Positions 1-15,000 of a stretch of DNA of 64,000 nucleotides are shown here, in pieces. Source of the DNA: Thalia democratica. Its lineage: Eukaryota. The translations under genes and the position numbers were made by a program. The stretch spans positions 91,574,001 through 91,638,000 of the forward strand of contig OZ241826.1 in assembly GCA_965202585.1 (NCBI GenBank), given 5' to 3'. The notes beneath the pieces are model-generated. The model saw only the letters and a program-made list of their open reading frames with translations. It did not search any database and was not told where the DNA came from. Numbering within the stretch: position 1 is the stretch's first letter; each line of letters starts with the position of its first letter.

Positions 1-38
1 ACTTAATTATTTTAGTTAAATGCTTTTCCAAACATCAG

Positions 39-3000
39 GAGAACCGCGTTCTGCTGCGAGCTTCCGCCGATGACGTCATATGGTCGAACTACGTCACGTA
101 CGTCGACGAGATGATCGTCGACGGCTGCTTCAACGTGGTGCAGTCCTCCCTGCAGTTCTTCCTCGACGAGACCGACGTTACCAGGCAACCGCTGCCCCTG
201 TTCCAAGCCAAGATGGAGCTGCAGGCCCCTGACATGATATTCATGTGAGTTTTTATGGAAAAAACTGCAATAAAAATTTTATAAAATTTAAAATAACTAA
301 CGGTTTTACCTTTATAAACATTTTGTTTTCTGTTATGATATTCATGTGAGTTATTAACATGGTAGCTATTAGATTTTTGCTTCTAAAACATTTAAAACGT
401 TAAATGGTTGACAATTCGTTTTGTTTTTATTTAAGATTTTAGTGAGTCTTAGCATTTAATTAATTGAAATGGTTGTGTATACTACTTAAAGTTATAACTA
501 GGTGTGCTGTGTAGTACCACTAATAAAATATTTTTTTTCAAGACCGTCTCTGGATGCTTCCAGCGGAAACATCGGTTTTTACCAGCTGATAGACTCCCTG
601 CTCGATGACGTGTACAAGATGACGTCACTGGTACCGAGGCTGTCGAAGATCGTTGATGCGGAAAATTACCAGGTGATAAACTGTTACACTAAACTGAAAA
701 TTAAATTAAAATAGAAACACGTTTTTAAGTATTTTATTAGCAAAAAAACTACAACAAAGTACATGTTTAAAGAATAAAATTATAATATCAAAATATTGTG
801 GTTCGAAGGAATTTTTTAAATACTTTAAAAAGTATAAAAACAACTTTCCTAATAGGCCGACATGGAAGATATGGCCGACTTGTCGGAGAACAAAAACGAA
901 ATAATGGACAGAGTTCACATGGTCATGGACAAGGCTTGCGATTACAGAAACAGGTAATAGGAGAAATTTACAACTTTTGAAGATTAAAGTTAAAAACATA
1001 TATTTTGTAAATGTTATGTTAATCTGAAATATAGCATTAAAGATAAAATAGTTATAATATTAGTTATTTAATTTTTGGTGTATAGTTAAATTAAAGTATG
1101 TTTTTTAAGTTTATACTATTAGTTGATTTTGCTTTATTTGTTTACTTAAAAGTAAAAGTTTGTATTTGTTAAACTTTAATTTTGTTAATTTTCAGTTTTG
1201 ATTAATGAAAAACAGTTAATTTTGATAGAAAAGTATCTGTATTATTTTTCTTATACTTCTTAATTCAATTGGTAGTAATTAAAACTAAAACTTTGAAACC
1301 ATAGTTTGGTTTATAATTTTACGACCGAAATCTTTATAATTAAATCAAAACATTTAAAAAAATCAGTTTCGACAATTACGCATACTTGTGGGTTGACGAG
1401 CGATCGGAATTCATGAAGCAGTTTCTCACTTACGGTCATGTCCTCACCACAGAAGAAATTGAAATGCACGCCGATGAGGGAGTTCCCGAAAACCCGCCCA
1501 CTCTTGAAATGTTCAAGGAACAGGTTTGTTTGATGTCCTATTACAAGAACAGTCTTATATTTTACTTGTCAAGCTTAAGATAAAATAAATTCAATAAATA
1601 TATATAATAACTTTTGTATTTTTAATATTTTTTTATTTAATTTTACGGAGAAAAATCAGTGAAGTGTACAATATTTTTTATAAAAAAAAAAAGCTTACTG
1701 AAAGTTTTCGTTTTTTAGTTTTTTAAAAAAGTTAAAAAAGTTATTTAAACAAATCGCAACTCAATTTGATAAACACAATTTAGGTAGACATGTATGAAAA
1801 GATATACAGCGAAGTGGAATCGATAGACGCGGTGGAGGTGATAGACGGTTGGTTCCGCGTCGACGCCCGCCCCTTCAAGCAGGCGCTCCTCAACACCACC
1901 AAGCGGTGGTCCTTCATGTTCAAGCAGCACCTCATCGATCACGTGACTAACAGGTGGGTTGAAGTTTAGAAAAAGTTGTTTGTTATAATTTGCCTATTTT
2001 TTGCTTAGTATCTGTGGTTAAGTTAGTTATCAGTAAATACTTTGAATTTTAGATGTTTCTATATTTGATACATGCTTAGATTTTTGTATTTTGCTTATTC
2101 AAATATTTCAAGTTCGTAAATTGAAAATTGAATCTTTTTGATAACTTTTATTTTATCTACAATGAATGTAAATGATCAAATTATTGTGTAAATAAACAGT
2201 CTTGCTGATTTGGAGAAATTCATCAAAGAAGTAAATGAAGGTATTTCGGTTGAAATAAAAGACGAAATTGAATATGACGAACTTGTTTCGCTTATCAGTA
2301 ATCTCAGGGTTCGTTCATTTATAGTTTTAGTTGTTGTTAAGTGTAAATATATGCATGCTTGGATAGTTTGGGGAACTATCTTATTATTAAATTGTATTTT
2401 GAGCTCTGATAGTTTTATTCACTATTTTTTCTTAAATTAGATTTTTACTTTAATTCTTACATGTTTAGTTTTTGAGATAATAGTTTTATTATACTAATAA
2501 TACAAATAACAATTAATTTTTTTCTTCACAGGACATCAAGGCGAGACAGAGCAACACGGATGAGATGTTCGAACCTCTGAAGGAAACAATCGAGCTTCTG
2601 AAGACTTACGATCAGGAAATGCCTGATGAAATATACAAGCAGTTAGAAGTGAGATTTTTACATAACTTTTAGAACTGCTGTAAAACGTCTTTTTTTACCT
2701 TTGCAGTTATTTTGTTTTGATTTGTTTTACAGATCAATCCCGTTTCAATAGTAAAATTATATGATCAACATTTTCATACTTGAATCAAACTAAAATAGTT
2801 TTGTTGTATCTTTTGACTTGTTTATTACAACCAGGAATTGTCGAAACAATGGAATTGATTTTTAGCGTCAAACTTGAAAAAAAATTCTATATTTGAATCA
2901 AACAAAAACTTTATTATTATATATACACTTTTTATGTAACTAATGAAATAACAACCAGGAACTACCGGAACAATGGAACAACACGAAGAAGCAAGCGGCA

Positions 3001-6000
3001 CTCATCAAGCAGCAAGTTGCACCTCTGCAGTCCAATGAAGTGGCGCAGTTGAGAAAGAAGTGCTCGCAGTTCGATGTAAGGAAATATTTCATGTTTTTTT
3101 TATTTTGACTGTAAAGTCTTTGAATCAAAAGTAACAGCTTTTGTTAGCACAAATGTCAGTTTATGAATACTGTTCTAGGGTTATGAGTTAATGTTGAAAA
3201 TTATTTGATAGGAAAATTGAATTAAAAGATCTGAAGCAGAATAAAATACATTAATTTTTATTTACCTCAATTTTAAAATTTACATTAAACTTTTTCCAAC
3301 AAAATTATTTATTAAATTAAAAATAAAATAACTGATTGACAAGTTGCTAAATAGTGTAACAGACATTTGCTTTTAACTTACCGTATTTAAAAATTCACAT
3401 TAAAACTTTTTTTCTTCCATCGAAGGTGTCCCAACACGAATTCCGTGAGAAGTTCCGCCAGACGGCGCCGTTCAAGTTCGACTCGGCCAACTACTACGAG
3501 TCTCTTCAAAAGCGACACGAGGAAATCAGCCGCATGGAGGCGACGATGAGCAAATTGTACCAATCGGCGGCCACCTTCGAGGTGAACGCTCCTGACTTCA
3601 AGCAGATGAAGCAGTGCAGGAGAGAGGTTAATTAATATTATTTAATTTTAAAAACAGAAATTAAACTTATAAATTACAAATGTTCCTATACACAATTGTC
3701 ATTATATGGTTTTGAAACTTTATTTTTTTTTCACCTACAAACAATCAGGCATAAAGCGAAATTTAATTCAGTTTTTTTTTATGAAATAAACTAAATGAAG
3801 CAGTGCAGGAGGGAGGTAAGATGATTAGTGTTGTGTTTATATGACCAAATTATTATTTAAGGTGTTAATAAGACTGAGTATTACAAGTGTCGCCTTACTA
3901 AATTGTCATAGTAAAATTAAAAATAACAGACTAAAGTTTGACCTATAAACAATTGACAATACAGCAATTCAAGTTTTTTTAGGAATTGAGCTTAAAACTT
4001 TGTTTAACTTGACATTTTTCGTTACATTTGCATCCCTAAACACTACAAAACTTGAGTTTTAAATTTATGAACATTTCCAGGTGAAACTGCTGAAAACACT
4101 GTGGGACATGATAGTGGTGGTGACGACCTCCATTGACAGCTGGCAGTCCACGAAATGGTCGGAAATCAACGTGGACCAGATGGAGACCGAGTGCAAGAAG
4201 TTCGCCAAGGACATCAGGACGCTCGACAAAGAGGTTTATTTTGTTATGGTGTTAAATCGAAAATAGTTTAAAAGAAGATATAGAGGTTGTTTTATGTTTT
4301 TTATTACGTTTGTTTTGTTTTGGTAAATTGAATTGAAACTAATAAAATCAGTTGATAGTTTTTTGTCCTCGTAAAAATAAGTTTTAATCATTTTGTTGAT
4401 GTATTCAACACATTTTTAAATATAAAGTTTTGATAATAAGTTTACAATGAGTTTGGTATCATACTGTTTGTGTCAAGTTTAACAAAAAAGCGTTTCAAAC
4501 ATTATAATTGATTTCTTATTTATTTTTAAGATGCGGGCATGGGATGCATTTTCGGGATTGGACAGCACGGTCAAGAACACTATGACGTCATTGAGAGCCG
4601 TTTCCGAGCTGCAGAACCCCGCAATAAGAGAAAGGCACTGGCAAGAACTCATGCAGGCAACACAGGTTGGTTTCGAAAATGTAAAAATTAAAATAAGGAT
4701 GATTTTCAATATGTAGCAGTTATCATAAAAAACTTATAATGAAAATTCAAATAATATCATTTAAAATGATGCTGTATTCTTTGTTTAAGTCTTTTAAAAA
4801 CAAAATTCTGTTGATTTGTATGCAAATTTTTATAATCTTAAGTCAACATTTATACGTAAAAAAGTTAAAAAATTTAAATTCTCTAAAGTTGATTAATTTT
4901 TAAATATGCTTTTTCACTCAGCTTATATAAGGTGTGCAAGTGTGTGTACATATTTGGTAAGAAATGTATTTAGTTTATCTAAAATGCAAGTACACTTTAA
5001 CTAAAACAATTTTACCCTCTCTCAGGTGAAATTTATCTGAAACAATTTTATCTTCACAGGTGAAAATTATCTGAAATAATTTTATCTTCACAGGTGAAAA
5101 TTATATGAAATAATTTTATCTTCACAGGTGAAAATTATCTGAAATAATTTTATCTTCACAGGTGAAAATTATCTGAAATAATTTTATCTTCACAGGTGAT
5201 AGAAGCTTAAATCAAGAAATAAAAAATACTTTTTATAAAATAAAAAAAATATATTTTTACCCTATCCCAGGTGAAGTTCGTCATGGACGACACGACCACG
5301 CTGGCCGACCTGCTCTCCCTCAACCTGCACAACTTCGAGGAGGAGGTAAGGGGCATCGTGGACAAGTCGGTGAAGGAGATGGGCATGGAGAAGGTGCTGA
5401 AGGAGCTGGACGCGACGTGGGGAGAAATGAAGTTCAACTACGAGCTGCACCAGCGCACCGGGTTGTCACTCATCCAGTCGGACGAGGAGCTGATCGAGAC
5501 GCTGGAGGAGAATCAGGTTTGTTAAAAGATTGTGAGAGATTTGAGCCAATTTAGCTTTAAACTAGTGTTAAAAATAGTTAAATAGTTTTTTTTTTTAAAA
5601 AGACAAACTTAATTAAAATACTAGATAAAAGTTTGTTAAATAAAAATGTATAAATTAATGTGTTAAATTTAAATAAGTTGTTTGAAATAAAGGCGAACTC
5701 GATTGAAGTATTAGAAAATAGATTGAATTTTAAGCAATAAAACAATTGTTTTCAGTCATGTTTGTGAGAGATTTAAGCCAATTTAGCTTTAAATTAGGAT
5801 TGATAGCTATCAAATAGTTTAAAGTTAAAGCGAGTTCGATTAGAATGTTAGAAACTAGATTGAATTTTAAATTAAAGTCTAATTGTTTTGTTAATGTCTG
5901 TGGGAGAATTAAGTCATTTCCTCTGTAAGCAATTCAAAAACATTAAAAGTCAATAAACAGTTTTAATTTAAAGTTATACCAACCAAGCGTGACGCAAATA

Positions 6001-9000
6001 TTTTTCCCAGGTCCAACTGCAAAACCTGATGACGTCAAAGTACATCGCGCACTTCCTCCACCAGGTGTCGTCGTGGCAGCAGAAGCTGTCCACGGCCGAC
6101 TCGGTCATCGCCATCTGGTTCGAGGTGCAGAGGACGTGGTCCTACCTGGAGGCCATCTTCATCGGGTCGGAGGACATCAGGTCGCAGCTGCCCGAGGACT
6201 CGAAGAGGTTCGAGGGAATCGACGTTGACTTCAAGGTACAGAGTTTTTTTTGTTTGTAAAAATTTAGTTTGCTGTATCTAAATTTTTCAAAAGCTTTTAA
6301 ATTAAAAAGTAGAGTTTAATTTATATGAATTACAAAAGTTGACTTTAAGGTACAGCAGTTTCTTTCGTGTAAATTATGAGTAGAGGAAAACTATTTGCTG
6401 CATGGAAAGTTATGTTTTAAAATGGGTCTTTTAATTAAGAGGTAGAACACACTACGAACATAAATAGATGTTTTAAGACTCCTAAAATCTAAATAAAATT
6501 TTAAAATCACAGCAAACTTCTTCATGATAAACTCAAAATTGACCTTCCACTCGCAAACAAGTCCTCAAGCTACCTAATAGCTGAATAAGATAGCTTGATT
6601 CACTATTTACTTATAAAATTAAAACAAACAAATTCATATTTAAAACATACTTTTAAATGTTAACAAATTAATGTTCAAACAACCCAGGAAGTGGCAAAGA
6701 AGATCCAGGAGACGCCCAACGTGGTCGAGGCCACCAACGCGGCGGGCATATTCGAGAAGCTGGAAGACATCCAGGCGAGACTGTCGCTGTGCGAGAAGGC
6801 GCTCGCTGAGTACCTGGACACGAAGAGGCTGGCCTTTCCCCGGTTCTACTTCGTTTCGTCTGCGGATCTGCTCGACATTCTGTCCAATGGTCAGCTTTTT
6901 TTAACTTTTTTTTAAACTTTAGTAAACGTAAGAGATTGAAGTTAAATAAAAACACGAATTAAACAGTCTTTTGTTCACGAATTTTAAATGGGTGTTATTA
7001 GTAAATAATTAGTGTCTAATATAAGAAAATAAATATAGGTACGTATTTAAAACTTTTTTGATTTTAATGAACTTTAGTTAATGTCAAAAATTTTAAGTTT
7101 ATCTTTATTTAAATATTAGAACAACATCCAGATATATGCTTTCTTTTGAACTTAGGCGAATTATTATAAAAAACATCTGATTCTGTGCATACTAAATTAA
7201 TATTGAAAAAAGGCACGGATCCAGTGGCAGTTTCGAAGCATCTCGCCAAACTGTTCGACAACATGGCCAAGCTCGAATTCGAAATGGACAAAGACGACAA
7301 CCCAACCAAAGTTGCCGTGGGAATGTACAGCAAAGAATCCGAGTTAGTTTGTTGAGCTGAAAAGTTTACAATTCAAGTTACTACTGATGAATAAGAACAA
7401 CTTAAAATCTTTGTATTTTTTAAATAACACATTTCTGATGAAAAGTTTTAGTATAATTAAAATAAAATTGTATAATCGTTTCAAGTATAATCACCAAAGG
7501 TATGTGCAGTTATGCATTTTGTAAAAAAACAACTTAAGCGCAATGTTTATTTCAAATAGAAATAAAACATTGACTGAAAATATTGATTTATTTAGTTATT
7601 TATCAAAGGTACGCGCAGTTCGACAAGACGTGCGACTGCGTGGGCCAAGTCGAGGTGTGGCTGAACCGGCTGATGGAAACGATGCGGTCCACGGTGAGGG
7701 ACCGGATAACCGAGGGCATGGTCACGTACGAGGAGAAGCCGAGGGAGAGCTGGATATTCGATTATCCGGCCCAGGTTGGTTGTATGGGAAATATTTGATG
7801 GCTAAACAATTAAAATGTATAGTTTTTTTAATGTTCACAGTCTCTAAAAATAAAGATTTCTAATTTACTGTTATTTCTCTTATAACTTTTGTTCTAAAAT
7901 TATAAAATTTATTGATTATAAACCCTGTATGCATATGTGCATTAAATAAATTAACATTTTTTGTAGCACAAAATTTGATGAAGGTTGTATAAAGTGGCAC
8001 TTTTATGCTATTTGTTAATGTTTTAGATTAGTAACACCTAAAAGAATTAATTTGTGATATTCATACAGTGTGCTTAAGAAGTATTATTAGTAATGTTACA
8101 TACTATATGACATCTTTTGTTTTATTTAACTTAACAAAATTTTTACGGTTAACACTATTCAGGTATCTCTGCTTGGAACACAAATTTGGTGGACCACGGA
8201 AGTGAACATTGCCTTTTCGAGACTGGAAGAAGGATACGAAAATTCCATGAAAGATTACTACAAAAAACAGGTTAGAAATGAAAAACGTAGAATACTCTTA
8301 TTACCATTTAGATCTTTTAAGAAGCATAAGTTTAAGTAACACATGTTGCTGTATCATATTGTTCCAATTAAACAAGATTGTTAACTTTAGATCAACCAAC
8401 TGAACACGCTCATTGGACTTCTCGTAGGAGATTTGTCAAAAAGAGATCGGCAGAACATCATGACGATTTGCACGATCGACGTGCACGCGAAAGACGTCGT
8501 TGGAAAGCTTGTGGAACAAAAAGTTAGTTTTGTTTATTAAATCTTATTAGAATCAACCTTCCAAAAACCTAAACAGTCATTTTTATTATTCCTAAAAGGC
8601 AGATAAAAGCGTTTTTAAAAAATGTACAGAATTATCTAATATAAAATTTTAATGAAAATTTTTGAAAAACTTTAACAAACCTAACGTAAACTTCTGCTTG
8701 TTCAAAAACGCACAATCCGAAACCATTCTTAAAATAAACAAACCAACGTTTTAGAATCTAATAAAACCTCAACAGATCGACAGCGCGCTTGCGTTCATAT
8801 AATTTCTAAATATATTTATGCATATTAAATGTATTTTGTTCATATTTTTTTTATACAAAAATTAACAAACAATCAAATAAAACCTCAACAGATCGACAGC
8901 GCGCTTGCGTTCATATAATTTCTAAATATATTTATGCACATTAAATGTATTTTGTTCATACTTTTATTACATAAAATTGAACAAACAATCAAATAAAACC

Positions 9001-12000
9001 TCACCAGATTGACAGCGCATTAGCGTTCATGTGGTTGCGCCAACTGCGCCTGCGGTGGGACGACAAGCTGAACCACGCGTTCGCCAACATCTGCGACGCC
9101 CAGTTCAAGTATTCGTACGAGTACCTCGGGTGCACCCCAAGGCTCGTCATCACCCCACTCACCGATCGGTGAGTTGTCGGAAATATTATGTGTAGAATTT
9201 TTTTTAAAGTTTTATAAAATGAGTTCAAGGCTCTTTAACAAACTTACTGATCAGTAAATTGTTGTTTGTGGAGAAAAAGAGCTTTGACAAAACTTCTATA
9301 AGCTCTAAATAAGTTGAATAAAGATGTTACAGTTATATTTATCTTTAAGTTGGGAAAATTTAATAAAGTGCAAAATTATAAAAAAAAAATTAATTAATAA
9401 AAACAAAATACTGTTAATGCAATTTTATATATTAAGTTTAATGTTTAGATTTCAAATTTTCAGCAATTAAAACTTCAGGTTATGAAATATGACTAACTTT
9501 ATTCATTTCAGTTGTTACATCACGCTGACGCAATCGCTCCACCTGACGATGAGCGGGGCTCCCGCGGGGCCGGCGGGTACCGGGAAGACCGAGACGACCA
9601 AGGACCTGGGCAGGGCGCTGGGCATAATGGTGTACGTGTTCAACTGCAGCGAGCAGATGGACTACAAATCGTGCGGAAACATATACAAGGTGAAAATTAT
9701 TAAAAAAACGGTTTAAAAATGCGAAAGTATGTTGTTTCATTTACATTTACTAGGTATGTGGGTGATGCTGACGGTGTTTGTTGAAATATTAATTTTTTAC
9801 AACTTTACTTATTTTACAACTAAAACTGTTTGTCTTAAGTATAGTGAACTGCCCGATCCGGATCTTTTATTAAAAGTAAGATTTAAATTGATTTCTAGAA
9901 GTTAAAGTGATAATAACTAGATTATTAGGTATTTTTTTTAAACAAAAGCATTGTATCATAATAAGTGCATGTTGATGGTAAAAAGTGAAAATGAAGCGAC
10001 TTATTTATTTAGTAAGTTAGAATCTAGTATTAAATCCATGTTTTATCTAGGGCTTGGCGCAAACCGGAGCTTGGGGATGTTTCGACGAGTTCAACAGGAT
10101 TTCCGTTGAAGTCTTGTCCGTGGTGGCTGTGCAAGTTAGTGGTTTTAATTTTATTAAAAAACAGTTTACAGCAAGTTGTGAAATAATTAAGCAAACTAAC
10201 TGTAACAGTCTCAAGTGTTAATCAAGTATATCAAATTATAGCTATCAGTAAAACTTTCAGGTCAAGTGTATACAAGACGCGATCAAGGAGAAACGGGAAA
10301 GGTTCGACTTCTTGGGAGAAGAGATCAATCTGGTTCCGACGGTCGGCCTGTTCATAACCATGAACCCCGGGTACGCCGGAAGAACCGAACTTCCCGAAAA
10401 TCTTAAGGCTCTTTTCAGGTCAGTAGATTTAAAAAACTTTATGAAAAATATAAACTGTTTGTTTGAGGATAGCTTTAAAAAGTACAAGATTGTGTGCTTG
10501 AGGTGCATATATAAGCAACATGGCTGATAAAAAATGACAAATATTTAATTAATCATCTACTATTTAATTTAACAAAAAAAAGTTAAACTTTGTTTAGGTT
10601 ACAATGTTTGGCTGAAAAACAGCTCTTTGTAAAGCAATAAAATACAAAATAGGTTTTGCTCCTAACGTAAGCTGTATTAATCGAACTTAGTAATTTTATA
10701 CGAGATTGCTTAATAAAAGTATAAGCTACAAATAAGTCTTAATATTAACTATTACCAAATGTAGTAATTTGGTAAAAGATACATTCAAGTGTACTTAATG
10801 TAAGCTGTATTGGTCGGATGTAGTCATTTGAAGAGTGATTGTACAGATAGTTGAAAAAGCATTTTCAGTAATACTGTTTCCAAACAACAGGCCGTGCGCG
10901 ATGGTGGTGCCCGACTTCGCCATGATATGCGAGATCATGCTGGTGGCGGAGGGGTTCATCGACAACAGATTATTAGCCAGGAAGTTCATCACCCTGTACA
11001 CCCTATGCAGGGAGCTGCTTAGCAAGCAGGACCACTACGACTGGGGACTGAGGGCCATCAAGTCCGTGCTGGTGGTGGCCGGCACGCTGAAGAGAAGCGA
11101 CCCCGGCAGGGCTGAAGACCAGGTTTGTTTTTATACTGTTTCTGTAGATATTTTGAATTAAAATCTTACACTACAGTGACTACCTTTGTTTCTTTACTTA
11201 GTTTTAGTATGAAGCATATCAAAAAGTTGACATCTTACGAATAAGTAGGTTAAAAATTAATAAAACTTTTAAAAATTGTCTTTACATATAAGGTTTCCTT
11301 ACAACAGTTTCTTTAATAAGGGCGTTCACAATTGTTTATTTAACAACAACTAGTGCCTCTTCAGAATGTTTTTGTTTTAAAAATACTTTTACATTAATTT
11401 CAACTAAGGTCCTTATGAGAGCGTTGCGCGACTTCAACATACCGAAGATAGTCACCGATGACATGCCGGTCTTCATGGGGTTGATCGGAGATCTGTTCCC
11501 CGCAATCGACGTTCCCAGGAAGAGAGATCCCGAGTTTGAGAAGATTGTTAAGGTGTGTTGAGATTTGCAGGGTTCCGGTTGAACATAAGAGTTGTTTTCT
11601 GGATTTTAATTTTTTGTCAAAGTAAACTGATTAGCTTAAATATTAAAGTAGAAAAAAAATTGTTACAATTTTTAAATTTTCTTTTGAAAAGCATTCTGTG
11701 TTTGGCTTATTATTCTGCTATTATAAAAATAAGCAAGAAGTTGCTTTTAATATGCTTGACCGATCCTTAATTTTAATATTAATAATTTTGTAAATTATTA
11801 AAATCTTACTGTAATTACAGCAATCGATGATCGAGATGAAGTTGCAGCCGGAAGACAACTTCTTGCTGAAGATTGTTCAGTTGGAAGAATTGTTGTCAGT
11901 CAGACATTCCGTGTTCGTCATCGGTAACGCCGGTACCGGAAAATCCCAGGTACTTAAGGCACAGTTTTATTTTGTAAGATGCACATTTTATGAAAACTGT

Positions 12001-15000
12001 TACTTTGTATGTATCCAGTTTTTAAAATTTATATATATTAAAAGCTTTTTTTTTTTTTGTTTGGAGATCATATTAGTATTATTCTTAGATAAAATTTATT
12101 TTATAAGATAATTGGTTTATTTAAATAAAAATTTAAGAGCTTAGATATGTACAATTTTTATAAGAACTACTATAATTGTACTTGAACAATAAACAACAAC
12201 TTAAATGTTAAAATATTTTCAGGTTTTGAAAGCACTGAACAAAACTTACCAAAATATGAAGAGAAAACCAGTTTGGGTCGACCTGAATCCAAAAGCCGTA
12301 ACTAACGATGAACTTTTCGGTTTGATATTTTTTATACAGTTTTTATTTGCATTTTAGATTCGTAAGTTTTAAATAATAGTTTATCAGAATAGGGAATCAA
12401 ACTTAAAACAGTGCTAATTGTAGTAACTATTCAATCTGATAACTTAATAGTTCATAGTTACAAAACGATTTATACAAAATCTTTTAAAATATTCATAAGG
12501 TTATTTTCAAATGTAGTTTATAGTTATCAGGCATAAAGTCACGCGTTTAATAATAATAGTTTATCAGATAAATATGAAATAAAAATTTTAAAGTGTTTTT
12601 ACAAAAAACGTGTTATTAAAAGATTCTTTTTAAACATTACTTATAACAGGTATAGTAACTCCTGCTACTTAAAAGTGTTTAAAAGTAATAAATGTTTAAG
12701 TTGAAAGTTTGCCTGTAAATAAGTTTAAAAACGTTTTATAGCAAAAGTTTTATTAAAAAAAGTTTTTTTTTCAAAAAAAAAACAAACTATTAGGTATAAT
12801 AAATCCCGCGACTCGTGAGTGGAAGGACGGTTTGTTCTCCACAATAATGAGGGACTTATCGAACGTTACTCACGATGGACCCAAGTGGATCGTGCTTGAT
12901 GGTGACATCGACCCCATGTGGATCGAATCATTAAACACTGTCATGGACGATAATAAGGTTGGTTGAAAGTTATGATCGGATAAACTGTTTTTTGAATATT
13001 AGTCTAGTTGTTGTAGAGTACGTCTATATGATGGTTTACTTTAATAGGATAAAGTTTGTTTCAGTTATACCGCTATTAGCTTCTAATAAGTTTTAACGTT
13101 TTTTTCAACGAAAGGCTAACTGCTTTCGTTTGTTATTAGTACCATAATCAAAGTTAAAAAAAAATTACATAACACTGCGCATTGGAACAATTTTGTATAC
13201 TTTCAGGTTCTCACATTAGCGAGCAACGAGCGCATACCCCTCACTCCGAGCATGAGGTTGTTGTTTGAAATCAGCCACCTGAAAGCCGCCACACCCGCCA
13301 CTGTGTCAAGGTGATTGGATTTTGTATTTATGTCATGCTTAAAGTTGCTGTATAATTATATTTTTCCTTAACAAAATTATATGTAATTATGTAACTTAAA
13401 TTCCAAAATTACTTTTATAATTTTAACAATAAATTACCAAAGGGCTGGTATCAAGGTAATTGATTTTTGTATTTATATCAAGTTATGTTATGCTTAAAGT
13501 TATTTCAATTAATATTATCAGTTTTAATATGTAGTGAAAATTAAACCATATACTTGAATATGTATCAAATTAAATCTTTATAAATAAAGTATTTGAAAAG
13601 TTTAAAACTGTTTAACACGTAACACCTTGTTTTTTTTTCCTAAACAAAATTGTAGAGAATTATGTAACTGAAATACTAAAATTATTTTCATAAAGTCAAC
13701 AATAAATTACCAAAGGGCTGGTATCCTGTTCGTTAATCCAGCGGATCTCGGTTGGAACCCTCCCGTATCAAGCTGGTTGGACGCAAGGGAGGTTCAGAGC
13801 GAACGAGCCAATTTGACCATTTTGTTCGACAAGTACGTTCCCATCATCATCGAAGCCTTCAAAACCAGGTTACTTTTTTTATTACTTACTAAATTAAAAC
13901 TATTTTTTTAATTAAAATATTTACATTACAATGTGATTGAATAACTTCTTCTTAACAACAATTAACATAAAGATTTATTTTTTTCTTTCCCGTAGAGATC
14001 TGTCTTGTAAAATAGAAACTTGTTTTAAAAGCTATTATTAAAGAAAAAAAATTAAGTCTTTTTTGTATGAAAGGCGTAAAACTCAACTGTTCAAAATTGA
14101 AAATAAATTAATTACTTTCCAAACAGTTTCAAGACTAATCCCATTTTTGTCTTTATCTTAGTTGCTATATATATATATATATATAAAATAAGGTTAATAT
14201 TCAAACTTGAACACCTTCTACTGAGCCCACTTGAAGGGCTTTAAAATAATTTATTCTTATGTCATATTGTTTTTGTTCTTTTGTAAACTTTTGCATCTTT
14301 GTTTACCAAAGTTCTTTTTATTTTAAATTTGAACTGACTGAAGATTAGAGACAATCTTTTTTGTCTTTATGAAACATATGTTCCATCATTTTTAAAATCG
14401 TCTTTTCATTAAATTATATATATATATATATATATAAAGCTATTCAGCGAATTTTTTATTTTAGACTCATCATAATTGCTTGATGTAATTTCAAATGCTT
14501 CGTCAGCAAGCAAGTAGAATAATAACCAAAAGAAAAAAAAGTACAAAAAGTTTAGTTTTTCAAAATTGAAAATAATTACTTTCCAAACAGGTTCAAGACG
14601 ATCATCCCAATACCGGAGCAGTCGATGATCCAGATGCTGTGCTACCTGTTGGAGGTGATCCTCACCCCCCAGAACACCCCTCCCGACTGCCCCAAGGACC
14701 TGTACGAGCTGTACTTCGTCTTCGCCGCCATTTGGGCGTTTGGCGGCTCCCTTTTCCAGGATCAGGTGTTTTAAATAGATTTCATTATTCTGAGTTTAAA
14801 AAAACTGTTTGTTTAAAACTATTAGCTTTATTTTGATAGTTAGTTGCAAGATCAGGTATTTCAGATAACTTTTGATTTTTTTTTCTTTTATATTAAAAAA
14901 CTAGTAAGCTTTATTTGCGAAATAATATGTTTGAAAATTTCTCTAAAAACCGTTAGCTCATGATATAAAAGTTTATACGCCAGTCCATCAAACATCACAA

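Noticed and set aside
5005-5200. Regularly spaced repeats here and at 57945-58075, superficially CRISPR-like
   Set aside because: There are no unique spacers and no cas genes, and the context is a eukaryotic intron or intergenic region. They are explained as a tandem repeat and a transposon subterminal array.
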